This document shows, one piece after another, positions 49,538 through 58,595 of a stretch of DNA of 62,149 nt (the first letter of the stretch is position 1; each line of letters opens with the position of its first letter). The notes beneath the pieces are model-generated. The model did not search any database. It worked only from the letters and a program-made list of their open reading frames with translations, and was not told the origin of the DNA. Made by a program: the position numbers and the translations under genes. The stretch is from sequence record SRR31156797_6875; one strand, given 5' to 3'.

Positions 49538-50052
49538 TAAGATTTTTTGCCAGCTATAGAGTGCTGATATTATTAAGCGTAATCGTAACTATATTCACTG
49601 CGGAGCTTATTGTGATGGGCTCAGTGGTAAACGAAGTTGATAACGCAACGACTGATCTCAAAAAGCGACTTAGCAAATTAAGGATTTCCGAGACTGAAAG
49701 GCTTCTCAGAGACCTTGATAAAGAGCTTGAAAAGCATAAATTACCTACATTTAACAGTGCTGAAGCGCGAAACTGGCTGTTAGAGGTTTTAGGAGAATTT
49801 CGCACTTTATACGGCGCAAAAATAAACAAAGCTGTGACCGAGAGCGGAAGCAGTTACCTTTCCGAGATATCTTTTAGGTATCTTCCGGATAAGCCAGATG
49901 ATCTTCTGAAACTTTTAAAATATATGAAAACCAGCAATGCACCGATATATAATGTTAAGAGTGTACGCTTCTCAGTAGATAAATCTGAGAGGGCGGTCGA
50001 GATTAATGTTGAGCTAATCCAGCCCTTCAAAGGTGGTAAGTATGATTATTAA
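49534..50052 (+). CDS. PilO/MshJ-like protein
   Basis: N-terminal TM, coiled coil and alpha/beta C-terminus; operon position. Confidence 0.5.
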   Translation: MIRFFASYRVLILLSVIVTIFTAELIVMGSVVNEVDNATTDLKKRLSKLRISETERLLRDLDKELEKHKLPTFNSAEARNWLLEVLGEFRTLYGAKINKAVTESGSSYLSEISFRYLPDKPDDLLKLLKYMKTSNAPIYNVKSVRFSVDKSERAVEINVELIQPFKGGKYDY

Positions 50053-50599
50053 ATACTTACGCTACCTCACTCCGGGGCACTATACAAAGGTTCTTCTGCC
50101 GGTATTTTGTCTTCTTGTGCTTTTTATTATAAAAGGTGCGATCATAGGTCAGGTAGAGAACTTTCTATCCTCAAAGGTGGTAAAGAATGTACAGCTTTTT
50201 AACGTTCAGCTCGGTGCGGACAATGCTGATTTCGCCAGAGCTCTAGCGAAAAAGAATGGCGAATATGTTTCAGAACCGGACTACAGAACCTATAGAAATA
50301 GAGAGTTTATAAAGAAACAGAAAAATGATATAAGGATAATAGAGAAAGCTAGTGATATAGCTGTTATTATTAAAGAAACAGAAGAAAGGGCAGAAGTTGT
50401 ACCTGCGCTTCCTCCCGCTCCGGTTTACGAACTTAGCAGTATTTTCATTGGCAAGGTTAAACGCTTTGCCGTTATAAACAAAAATGTAGTAAAGATAGGC
50501 GAGGTTCTCTCGACTGGTGAAAAGGTTACAGCTATACAAGATGGAAAGGTTCTTCTGAAAGGACGTTGGGGAGATAGATGGATTTACGTAAACTACTGA
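50042..50599 (+). CDS. MshK/PilP-like protein
   Basis: TM, Pro-rich linker, then YELSSIFIG...FAVINKNVVKIGE.....KVTAIQDGKVLL. Confidence 0.6.
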   Translation: MIIKYLRYLTPGHYTKVLLPVFCLLVLFIIKGAIIGQVENFLSSKVVKNVQLFNVQLGADNADFARALAKKNGEYVSEPDYRTYRNREFIKKQKNDIRIIEKASDIAVIIKETEERAEVVPALPPAPVYELSSIFIGKVKRFAVINKNVVKIGEVLSTGEKVTAIQDGKVLLKGRWGDRWIYVNY

Positions 50600-52104
50600 T
50601 ATCGATAGTTTTGATAATAGCTGTGGGGTGTTCTTCATCCACACAGGAAGCGAAAAAGGCTGCTGTTCAGCCGGATTTTAGTAAGGTTAAACCTGCTAGG
50701 CTCCTCCCACCTCCACCCCCTGTGGTTAAGGTCGAGGTTATTGAGGAAGACCCTCTGACCGATGTCTTTGTCACTATTGATGCTATCGAAGCGAAACTTT
50801 CATCGATACTTTACATGATAGCCTCTGAAGCCGGACTTAATCTTATCATCAGTCCGGGGATTGATACGGCGAGATTATTCACTCTGACAGTAAATAATAT
50901 GCCTGCAAGAGATGCTCTCGATATAATCTCTGAGAGTACGGGTGTGCATTATACAGTTGAAGGGAACTCTCTTAAAATGCTCGCAACAGTGACTAAAACT
51001 TTCAAATTTCCTTATGTACGTATGCAGACAACTCAGAAATCTGATATCGGCGGCGACGTTTTCGGATCATCTGAAGCAAATTTGCGTGGCGACTACTCTA
51101 TATCTTATAACAACGACCCTGTGTCAAACGATGTGCAGGCACAGATAATCAAAGGTGTTCACGCTATCATATTCCCTGATGATGCAAGTATATCCGGTAG
51201 CGGTTCTGCTGCTGCGTCAGGTGGAGCAGAGTCTAGTAACGGTTATTTCAGAGGCACAGAAGGGTATATATATAATAAATTTACTGGCATTCTAAAGGTG
51301 ACAACAGCACCACCGAAGATGAAGATGGTAGAGAGCTATATGGTTGATGTTCTGGCGGAACTCGGCAAGCAGGTACTCATAGAGGCGAAGCTTGTTGAGG
51401 TTATATTGAATGATAACAGTGCCTACGGTATCAACTGGTCTGGTGCGCTGGGCAGAGGGAGTAGCGGCTCGATATCACTCGGTACATCAGGCGGTGTAAA
51501 TTCTCTCGCTGGCGGTCTTACCCCGCTCGGTATAATTGCTAGTGGTTCAGGTAACGACTGGTTCTCCTTCATGGCTTCCCACGGCAGGGTAGAGTCAGTA
51601 GGTAATCCTCGGATAAGGGTTATGAACGGGCAGAGTGCTATGATCTCGTCCGGTCAGCTCATCCCTTACTGGGAGATGAACAGAGAGACAGACGACGAGA
51701 CAAACGACACTACTGTGAGCTATGACCGAGTGACTGTCCTTGATGGTGTTGTGATGGGTGTTACCCCGCACATTAAAAGTGATAAAACAATAACGCTTAA
51801 CATAGTTCCGGTATTTTCAGATGTGGAGTCAGTTAAAACTCTATATGACGAATCAGGAGTAATAGTAGCGAGTTATCCTGTTATTAACCTGAAAGAAGCG
51901 GGGACTGTTCTTAATGTTAAGAGCGGGAACACAATTATCATGGGCGGTCTCATCAGTAATGTCGAAACAGATGTAGAAGAGAAGGTTCCGCTCCTCGGTG
52001 ATATACCTCTCCTCGGTTATCTCTTTAAAGGTAAGGCGAAGATAGTTGAGAAACGGGAACTGGTAATTTTTCTCACCACAACAATAATAGACGGTAGTTT
52101 ATGA
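50578..52104 (+). CDS. Secretin, MshL-type lipoprotein
   Basis: Lipobox IAVGC; QVLIEAKLVEV.L......GINW; NPRIRVMNGQSA; GNTIIMGGLI; VPLLGDIPLLGYLFK; KRELVIFL. Confidence 0.92.
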   Translation: MDLRKLLISIVLIIAVGCSSSTQEAKKAAVQPDFSKVKPARLLPPPPPVVKVEVIEEDPLTDVFVTIDAIEAKLSSILYMIASEAGLNLIISPGIDTARLFTLTVNNMPARDALDIISESTGVHYTVEGNSLKMLATVTKTFKFPYVRMQTTQKSDIGGDVFGSSEANLRGDYSISYNNDPVSNDVQAQIIKGVHAIIFPDDASISGSGSAAASGGAESSNGYFRGTEGYIYNKFTGILKVTTAPPKMKMVESYMVDVLAELGKQVLIEAKLVEVILNDNSAYGINWSGALGRGSSGSISLGTSGGVNSLAGGLTPLGIIASGSGNDWFSFMASHGRVESVGNPRIRVMNGQSAMISSGQLIPYWEMNRETDDETNDTTVSYDRVTVLDGVVMGVTPHIKSDKTITLNIVPVFSDVESVKTLYDESGVIVASYPVINLKEAGTVLNVKSGNTIIMGGLISNVETDVEEKVPLLGDIPLLGYLFKGKAKIVEKRELVIFLTTTIIDGSL

Positions 52105-53369
52105 GCCTTGTCCATAAAACATTGCAGAAGCTAAACAAACAAACAAAATCCTCTTCCGTTCCGCCGGGCATGATAAACCTTGCACCCAGGAAGAAATCTA
52201 ATAAACCGAGCAAAGGTCTGCTCGCACTCCTTGTAGTTGCGGTTGCAGGATTTGCTATTACTATGTACCTCGAGAGCAACATCAGGAAATTTACAGTTTC
52301 CCCTCCGGCGCCTGAAAGGATTTCAAAAGCTGATAAAACACAGACTGAGCCTGCTCCGGTGCGTACTGCCCCGGTTGTGCAAGCCCCTGAGGCTAAAGAA
52401 GCTGATATCCAGAAGAGGATAGAGGTCGCAGTTCAAAAGGCACTTGAGAGCGCTGACCGGAATGTTATGAGCAGGGTCACATCAACAATAAAAGAGACGG
52501 TGAAGAGGTCGCTTATAGCTGATGCTCTGCCTGAACCCGCAAAAGCAAAGATTGTGCCTGCTGAAGAGGTCGAAATAGAGAGAGAGCCTGTAGCTAGAGC
52601 GGAGATTCAAAAGAGAGCTAAAATAACGAAGAATGAACCTAAAGGGATGTTGGCTCAGGTGAAAAATATCACTGATATGCAGAAGGGGATAGCTCCCGCT
52701 TCTGGCGGTGGAGATTATGCTGAGGCAGATGTTCCTGATAGATCAGGTGCGCCTGTACTAACAAAAAAGCAGAGAGCTGAGTTTAACAGAAAGATTAGTT
52801 ACAATACCACTCTTGCCCTCGCTGAGCGTGCATATAAAAGAGGAGACTACCCCCGTGCGGTTAGTAAATATACCGAAGCACTTGAGATAAAGCGTACACC
52901 TGCCAGCCTGGCAAACCTTTCAAAAGCGCTGATCGCCATTGGTGATGTTGATGGTGTAATGAACCTTCTTAACAGATATAAGGAAGCTGTAACGGATAAG
53001 GTTGTGGCTACAGTGGCTCTTGATATGGACACTTCCGGCTTCGACAGAGACGGTCTCAGGCTTCTCGCCGCTCATAACGGGTCACTTCAAAATGATAGTA
53101 TCGCCTATTACACTGCCGGACAGATACATGAAAGGCATAAAAGATATCTCAGGGCTGAGGCTGCATATAAAAAAGCTACTGACCTGCTCCCTTCCGATTC
53201 GTATTACAGGTATGCCCTTGCGAGAATGCTGGATACAAACGGAAGCTATAAGAATGCTGTGCTGATCTATAAGCAGATTGCGGATACGGCATCTGATAAA
53301 ACTATCAAAGACCATTCTGAGTCGAGAGCGAAAGTTCTCGAGGACTATATCAAAAAACTACCTGAATAA
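52101..53369 (+). CDS. MshN-like TPR protein
   Basis: MSLVHKTLQKL start (MshN-like), one TM, Pro/Ala-rich linker, C-terminal TPRs (YRYALARMLD). Confidence 0.65.
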   Translation: MSLVHKTLQKLNKQTKSSSVPPGMINLAPRKKSNKPSKGLLALLVVAVAGFAITMYLESNIRKFTVSPPAPERISKADKTQTEPAPVRTAPVVQAPEAKEADIQKRIEVAVQKALESADRNVMSRVTSTIKETVKRSLIADALPEPAKAKIVPAEEVEIEREPVARAEIQKRAKITKNEPKGMLAQVKNITDMQKGIAPASGGGDYAEADVPDRSGAPVLTKKQRAEFNRKISYNTTLALAERAYKRGDYPRAVSKYTEALEIKRTPASLANLSKALIAIGDVDGVMNLLNRYKEAVTDKVVATVALDMDTSGFDRDGLRLLAAHNGSLQNDSIAYYTAGQIHERHKRYLRAEAAYKKATDLLPSDSYYRYALARMLDTNGSYKNAVLIYKQIADTASDKTIKDHSESRAKVLEDYIKKLPE

Positions 53370-54497
53370 CCTTTTCATCCCGATGTACAGAAGTGCAGCA
53401 GATGAACCGACAGCTACTATCTGAAAGCTGTGAGCAGGGTTCAGGCTGCCTGTTATCTTAGCAACTCCATCAAGAATGATAGGGGAGAAAAACTGCCCTA
53501 TAAATATTGCGGTGGTGACAAGTGATGTCGCTGCGACATTATTACCTTTAGAGGTTTCAGTCGCTTTGTGCATAACGTAAGGGAGCGCCATGCTGAGAGT
53601 GTATCCATTTGCTACCATTGCGATATTTATTGATATAATCGAGTGGGTAAAGCCGAGTAGAGCGTGGCAAAGCAACATAGCGAAAGCTATGGACGGGATA
53701 AATAACCGACCTGTAATACGCTTTATCTCAGCAGTTTTAAGTGCGAGAACCATCGCTGTTCCTGTGGAGAAAGCGAGAGCATATCCAGCCTGTGCAGGGC
53801 CGCCCAGACCACTTTCGATAAGGTAAACAGCTATATTTGTTGGAATACAGTAAAATCCTAAAAATATAAGAAACATTGGAAAAGCTGCATAGTAAGTGGC
53901 AATCGGGAGTTTGCTCTTCTGAATATTACCGGTAATATTTCTCTCCGGGTCTTTTATGAAAAGCAGACCTAAGATAAATACAGGGATGCCCGTAGCATAT
54001 ACCAGAAATGCGTATCTCCAGTCTATCGTAGTGAGAAGCCCTGAAGAAAAGGTCGAAACTATTCCTCCAAAATTTGCGAGAGAGCTGTAGTACCCCATCA
54101 TTTTTAATCTTCTTTCGCCATCAAAGAAGTCAGCAATAAGTGACGCCGCAACAGGCATGATTATCCCTACTGCAACACCGAGAACAGCTCTGGAAGCGAG
54201 AAGCATATATATATCATTAGCGACAAAAGCCCAGCATCCAGCCACCGTATAGATGAAAACACCAAAAAGAGCGAGTCTTTTCTTAGAAGTTTTTCTCCCG
54301 ATACGACCTATAGCCATTGATGTAGGTATAATAAATAGAGCGGGGATTGTAAGTATCATTTTAACGAGGGTAGGGCTTGCGCCTGCAAGGTTTTTCTGAA
54401 TATCGGCAAGTGCAGGTGAAACAGCAGCACCAGCCATGATGGTGAGTATAGATAAAGGAAGTATCCCTAGTGCTATCAGTTTGTTACTGTTAAGCAT
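53358..54497 (-). CDS. MFS transporter
   Basis: VSPAL..I, SRAVLGVAVG, LIADFFDGERR and GQFFSP motifs; about 12 TM. Confidence 0.88.
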   Translation of the reverse strand: MLNSNKLIALGILPLSILTIMAGAAVSPALADIQKNLAGASPTLVKMILTIPALFIIPTSMAIGRIGRKTSKKRLALFGVFIYTVAGCWAFVANDIYMLLASRAVLGVAVGIIMPVAASLIADFFDGERRLKMMGYYSSLANFGGIVSTFSSGLLTTIDWRYAFLVYATGIPVFILGLLFIKDPERNITGNIQKSKLPIATYYAAFPMFLIFLGFYCIPTNIAVYLIESGLGGPAQAGYALAFSTGTAMVLALKTAEIKRITGRLFIPSIAFAMLLCHALLGFTHSIISINIAMVANGYTLSMALPYVMHKATETSKGNNVAATSLVTTAIFIGQFFSPIILDGVAKITGSLNPAHSFQIVAVGSSAALLYIGMKRLFR

Positions 54498-54894
54498 TTT
54501 CTTTAAGGAAGGCCGCAAGTCGGATGTCGTGCCCCATAATATGATCTACAAACCAGGTTTGAAGAAGGAGTTGGAGTTCTTTATTGATACTTTCGGTATT
54601 ACCGTCTGAGATTAGTCTTTTATAGCAATCCATTAAATTATCTACAATGTTTCTGTGCGCAGATAAATGATCTTTAAAATCAGGATAGTCGCTTTCCCTC
54701 ATGAACTCCTCTTCTGTGCTGAAGTGGAAACGGACATATTTTACAAGGTAGTTAAGCGTTCGGACAGTTATTTCATGGTTAAAGTTTTGATTTACGCTGT
54801 TGTAAAAAGAGTTTATATGCTCAAACAGCTCTTTGTGTTGTGAGTCTATCGTTTCATTTCCACTCTCGAGTGAGCTAGACCATTCGACTTTCAT
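54490..54894 (-). CDS. Single-domain bacteriohemerythrin
   Basis: W....ESGNETIDSQHKELF, HFSTEE, HLSAH and W..DHIMGHD iron-ligand pattern. Confidence 0.93.
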   Translation of the reverse strand: MKVEWSSSLESGNETIDSQHKELFEHINSFYNSVNQNFNHEITVRTLNYLVKYVRFHFSTEEEFMRESDYPDFKDHLSAHRNIVDNLMDCYKRLISDGNTESINKELQLLLQTWFVDHIMGHDIRLAAFLKENA

Positions 54895-54903
54895 ATATTC
54901 TCC

Positions 54904-55230
54904 TTACTTCTCGTGGCAGTTCTGGCATGTATTAAGCGGTGCGTGGTTGCCGTCAGCCGGCCATTTATTATGACATTGAAAGCAGTCATTTCCGCACTCT
55001 TCTGCCCCTCCGCCCCCGAGCTTGAACATCTGCTGATTACTTGGAGTGTGGCAGTTTATACATGTTTTAAGTGAGAGGTGATCAGTATCTCCTTCGAGTT
55101 TTGGGTGGCATGTCATGCAGTCTCCTGCGCATCCGGCGAAAGCTATGTAAGCTGTTCCCATAATGATAATTGCACAGAGTCCAGCAACAACTCTCCCTGC
55201 CTGCTTAAACGCACCTTCGAACCGTTCCAT
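54904..55230 (-). CDS. Small tetraheme c-type cytochrome
   Basis: Signal peptide ending AFA; CMTCH, CINCH, CFQCH and CQNCH; 5' end overlaps the 3' end of hemW. Confidence 0.85.
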   Translation of the reverse strand: MERFEGAFKQAGRVVAGLCAIIIMGTAYIAFAGCAGDCMTCHPKLEGDTDHLSLKTCINCHTPSNQQMFKLGGGGAEECGNDCFQCHNKWPADGNHAPLNTCQNCHEK

Positions 55231-56231
55231 TCCAGAAGCTCCTTTTCCACAAGTTTTTCAAGACTAGTATATATTCTTTTTCGTAACTTTTCATCTATTG
55301 TAGAGCATTTATTAACAATGTCCACTCCGTCGATCATTCTGAGACCAAAAACGATGTTTTCTATTATCTTATCAGGGCTTTTTGTTGTTTGTACTTCAGA
55401 AAATGAAGTTGGTGCTTTTATATAGTTTTTTATATCAGAAGGCTTACCTTTAAGTGTTCGTGTGTCACCATCGTTAATGAGCGACCATGCAGATGCACCT
55501 ATACCGTCGTAATCTCCAAGCTGCCAGTAGTTTATGTTGTGTTTACTCTCATGCCCGGGTTTTGCGAAGTTTGATATTTCATACTTAATATATCCGGCAT
55601 CCTCAAGAAAATCCTTAACCCGCATGAAGTCCGTATCATCTTCACGCTCATGGAGAAAATTGTTATCATTGCTGTATGTATATGCGGATATATGTGCAGG
55701 CTCGAGTGAGATGATATCTTTCATCGACTGTAATGTTGAGGAGTAGTCGACGTCTGGAATGTCGTATATAAGGTCGAGATTAATGTCTGTGTCTGGGGCA
55801 TACCCCTTCATCAGCTCGACAGAGCGGAATATGTCTGAAGCGTCATGAATTCTAGTAAGCTTAGTCAGCACTTCATTTGACGTGCTCTGACAGCCTATGC
55901 TCACACGGCTGAATTTGTAAGTGTTTACCAGCTCACAGAATTGCTCGTCAATGCTCTCAGGATTTGCCTCTATGGTGGTCTCTTTATACCAGCCGATATT
56001 AAGCACTGAGATTATATCCAGAAATGAAGCGAGCATCTTTCTGTCTACGCTGGAAGGCGTTCCACCGCCGACATAAAGAGTGTCATATCTTCGCTTGTTA
56101 CGTGAACGCAAATCAGTGACTACAGCCTTAAAATACTCCATCTGAAGGTCGAAGCAATCAGTATCTGAGTAGAATCCGCAGTAGGAACACTTATTTTTGC
56201 AAAAAGGCAGATGTACGTATAATCCTTTCAC
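55143..56231 (-). CDS. hemW: Radical SAM heme chaperone HemW (HemN-like)
   Basis: LYVHLPFCKNKCSYC, GGGTPS, EANP, YEISNFAK and HNINYW (HemW-type HNxxYW) motifs. Confidence 0.88.
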   Translation of the reverse strand: MKGLYVHLPFCKNKCSYCGFYSDTDCFDLQMEYFKAVVTDLRSRNKRRYDTLYVGGGTPSSVDRKMLASFLDIISVLNIGWYKETTIEANPESIDEQFCELVNTYKFSRVSIGCQSTSNEVLTKLTRIHDASDIFRSVELMKGYAPDTDINLDLIYDIPDVDYSSTLQSMKDIISLEPAHISAYTYSNDNNFLHEREDDTDFMRVKDFLEDAGYIKYEISNFAKPGHESKHNINYWQLGDYDGIGASAWSLINDGDTRTLKGKPSDIKNYIKAPTSFSEVQTTKSPDKIIENIVFGLRMIDGVDIVNKCSTIDEKLRKRIYTSLEKLVEKELLEWNGSKVRLSRQGELLLDSVQLSLWEQLT

Positions 56232-56377
56232 TACTTCTTATTAGATTTTTTGTTTTTTTTGTTTCGATCCTCGAGACTGCAGCTATCTGCACCAGGACCT
56301 CAGCCAGAACCCGGCTTAAGCCTTGTGAGCACAATGACAAAAACAATAAAAATGATCAACCCTATGTAATCTTCCAT
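56231..56377 (-). CDS. Candidate 48-aa membrane-anchored selenoprotein (UGA = Sec at codon 26)
   Basis: MEDYIGLIIFIVFVIVLTRLKPGSG-U-GPGADSCSLEDRNKKNKKSNKK*; GGGG RBS; TGA at 56302-56300; the readthrough TAG overlaps the hemW GTG (TAGTG). Confidence 0.65.
56266..56299 (-). promoter_or_regulatory. Putative bacterial SECIS hairpin
   Basis: Directly 3' of the UGA: GGUCCU-GG-UGCAG-AUAG-CUGCA-GUCUCG-AGGAUC (lower and upper stems). Confidence 0.5.
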
Positions 56378-56390
56378 TTTTTCCCCAAAA

Positions 56391-58475
56391 TTACTGTAAA
56401 ATTCCTTCTACAGGTTTTCCATCTATATAATATTTATATGAAATCTTATCAGTCATCTTAGGCACATATGAGCCGTTGATGCATATATTCACTTTTTCAG
56501 ATGAACGTTCAAACGGAAGGGTAAGTTTCCCTTTTGAGCTGTTCATCAGCCTACCATCTCTAATTATTGCCACAAGAGGGTAAATGTCAAGGGGATTGGT
56601 ATTGTATTTCCTTTTGATATCGCCCTTTATCTCAAGCTCAAAGCTGGTCAGTTTTTTACCGGGATAAGAGAAAACAGCGTCATAGCAGTAGTCTGCACGA
56701 CCGTCTTTCCCAGGTCTGTTCCTGTCGCCTATGAGGTCGGCTGATTTTTTCGGTTTATTTATAAAAACAAACGGTCTTTCGGTAACGACCTTTTGTGCAG
56801 ATTTTGAGTATTCTGTAATAATAATATAAGGCTTAAGTGTGTCGTATTGGGATGAAGCGGGAGAGAAGACGTGATTAGCTCTGGAACCGGCTTCCGGTAC
56901 GCCCCCGAGAACAATCGAGCCGTCGCCCTCTGTCAGCATGTCAGTTATATCTATCTCCATATGGTAAGGCTCTTCGTTAGGTCTCACCTGGCCTGCGTAG
57001 CTGCTTTTATCGAGGAAAGCTTGGGCGCCTTTGTGTTTTAAGCTGTACTTGAATAGCGAAAGGCTGCCGGATTGGTTATCCGGGAGGTGTGTCAGCACCA
57101 GTTTCGCTGAGATATTTTTAACAGGGTCGAGGTTAAGTGCTTCTCTGTTCGGCTTGATATAAACCATAGCGTTAGAGTCGTACCCTGCTCCTATATTTAG
57201 TAAGTTTTCGGATGATTTCAGCAGCTTCCCTTCGAAGTCCACAGCGAAGGTTTTTGTGAGTGCAGATTTATCTGTGAGGATAACCTTACGCTCCACAGGC
57301 TTGTATCCGCCGCTGTCAGCTTTGAAAACTCCACCGCCGCCAGTCCCTGACCATACACCCTCAATGGTTTCGCCTTTAAGTTCGCCTTTGAAGACCTGCT
57401 CACAGCCGAAGTCAGAGCCAACTCTTTTGCAGTCGAGTGTCAGTTCAAATTCGCTTTTGTTCACTTCACCTTTTAATGGGTAGCCTTTGTAACCTTTTGA
57501 TGTGTTTACATAAGCCGTTCCAAAAATACGATTACCTGCGGTCTCTATATTCCATATCTGGTTTCGTGTTTTGCCATTTGTGTTATACTTCAGCCCGCTT
57601 TCGAAAAAGCCGCCCTTAAACCTAGCCATCTCTGTGAGCTTATCCGGCTTCATATAAAATACGTCAGCCAGCTCAATGTCTTTTATGCCGTCTAACAGGA
57701 TTGTGTGTGAGAATTTCCCCTCACTGTCGGTCAGAAGACTGTCACCAGTCTCTAAGATATTTACCGTAGCTACAGGTAGCGGGTCTAAGTCTTTTGTGAA
57801 AACTTTACCGCTCACTGTTATGCTCGCCGGAAATTCTGTGGTGAACTCCAGCTGTTTTGTCTGCACCTCATACCCCTCTGCGGATATCTCCAGAGTGAGT
57901 CTTTTTATAAGGTACATTTCTGTATTGTTTACTATGTAACTGTCCAGCGCACCGTTAATAGGGTTCGCTATGTCCATAAGGGCGAAGCCGTCGTTAGCGT
58001 GCATCCAGACCACGAATGTTTTATTTATGTATACAAGGAAGAAGTCAGCGTCATTAATGTAGCCAGATTTCGGATAGAGGTAGAATAACCCACGCTCGCC
58101 GAAACGAACCTGCTGACTGCGGTTTTTCGGTGCGTCTTTTGTCAGCTCTCGGAAATACATCGATGCATCTACGAAGTTGTCAAAGGAGTATAGAGCTATA
58201 TTTGTCTCATATTGACCTTTGCGGATTATATTCATCATCTTCTTTGCACGACCGGAGTAGTATGAATATGTAGTTGAGAAAACAGTGTGGTTCGCCTCTC
58301 TCTTCGAGCGGATCCCTGTGTTTAACCAAAGCTCCGCTCCGCCCTCAAGCTGTGACACTTTTGGGAAGAATGATTTCACCTGCATCTCTGATATCTGCGC
58401 ATGTGCTGTATTTGTTATTAATAAAAAGAGCAGAAGGGCAAAAGCCCCTCTGCTGAAATATGATACTAGTTTCAT
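56391..58475 (-). CDS. Large exported hypothetical protein (beta-rich, includes a carboxypeptidase-regulatory-like segment)
   Basis: Signal peptide ending AHA; VSGKV....DPLPVATVNI......TDSEGKFS; ATG 58475 preferred because the longer start lies inside a repeat. Confidence 0.7.
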   Translation of the reverse strand: MKLVSYFSRGAFALLLFLLITNTAHAQISEMQVKSFFPKVSQLEGGAELWLNTGIRSKREANHTVFSTTYSYYSGRAKKMMNIIRKGQYETNIALYSFDNFVDASMYFRELTKDAPKNRSQQVRFGERGLFYLYPKSGYINDADFFLVYINKTFVVWMHANDGFALMDIANPINGALDSYIVNNTEMYLIKRLTLEISAEGYEVQTKQLEFTTEFPASITVSGKVFTKDLDPLPVATVNILETGDSLLTDSEGKFSHTILLDGIKDIELADVFYMKPDKLTEMARFKGGFFESGLKYNTNGKTRNQIWNIETAGNRIFGTAYVNTSKGYKGYPLKGEVNKSEFELTLDCKRVGSDFGCEQVFKGELKGETIEGVWSGTGGGGVFKADSGGYKPVERKVILTDKSALTKTFAVDFEGKLLKSSENLLNIGAGYDSNAMVYIKPNREALNLDPVKNISAKLVLTHLPDNQSGSLSLFKYSLKHKGAQAFLDKSSYAGQVRPNEEPYHMEIDITDMLTEGDGSIVLGGVPEAGSRANHVFSPASSQYDTLKPYIIITEYSKSAQKVVTERPFVFINKPKKSADLIGDRNRPGKDGRADYCYDAVFSYPGKKLTSFELEIKGDIKRKYNTNPLDIYPLVAIIRDGRLMNSSKGKLTLPFERSSEKVNICINGSYVPKMTDKISYKYYIDGKPVEGILQ

Positions 58476-58502
58476 TTGATTCCTTGTTACTAACGTGAGC
58501 AA

Positions 58503-58581
58503 AGATTGCTTCGTCACTTCGTTCCTCGCAATGACAGTTACTTGGCTGAGATTCTTACGTCGATAAGCTCCTCAGAATGAC
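58503..58581 (-). repeat. Two tandem REP-like elements (GTCAT family)
   Basis: rc GTCATTGCGAGGAACGAAGTGACGAAGCAATCT (near-identical to 5684-5716) and rc GTCATTCTGAGGAGCTTATCGACGTAAGAATCTC (related to 11985-12019). Confidence 0.82.
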
Positions 58582-58595
58582 TGTTTCTTACGCTT

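Noticed and set aside
56246-56264. A-runs in the tail of the candidate selenoprotein gene as a frameshift or phase-variation site
   Set aside because: The frame is intact and ends exactly at the hemW start; the runs simply encode a Lys/Asn-rich tail.
58476-58517. Upstream start of the 708-aa ORF
   Set aside because: It begins inside a REP-like repeat; ATG 58475 has an RBS and leads into the signal peptide.
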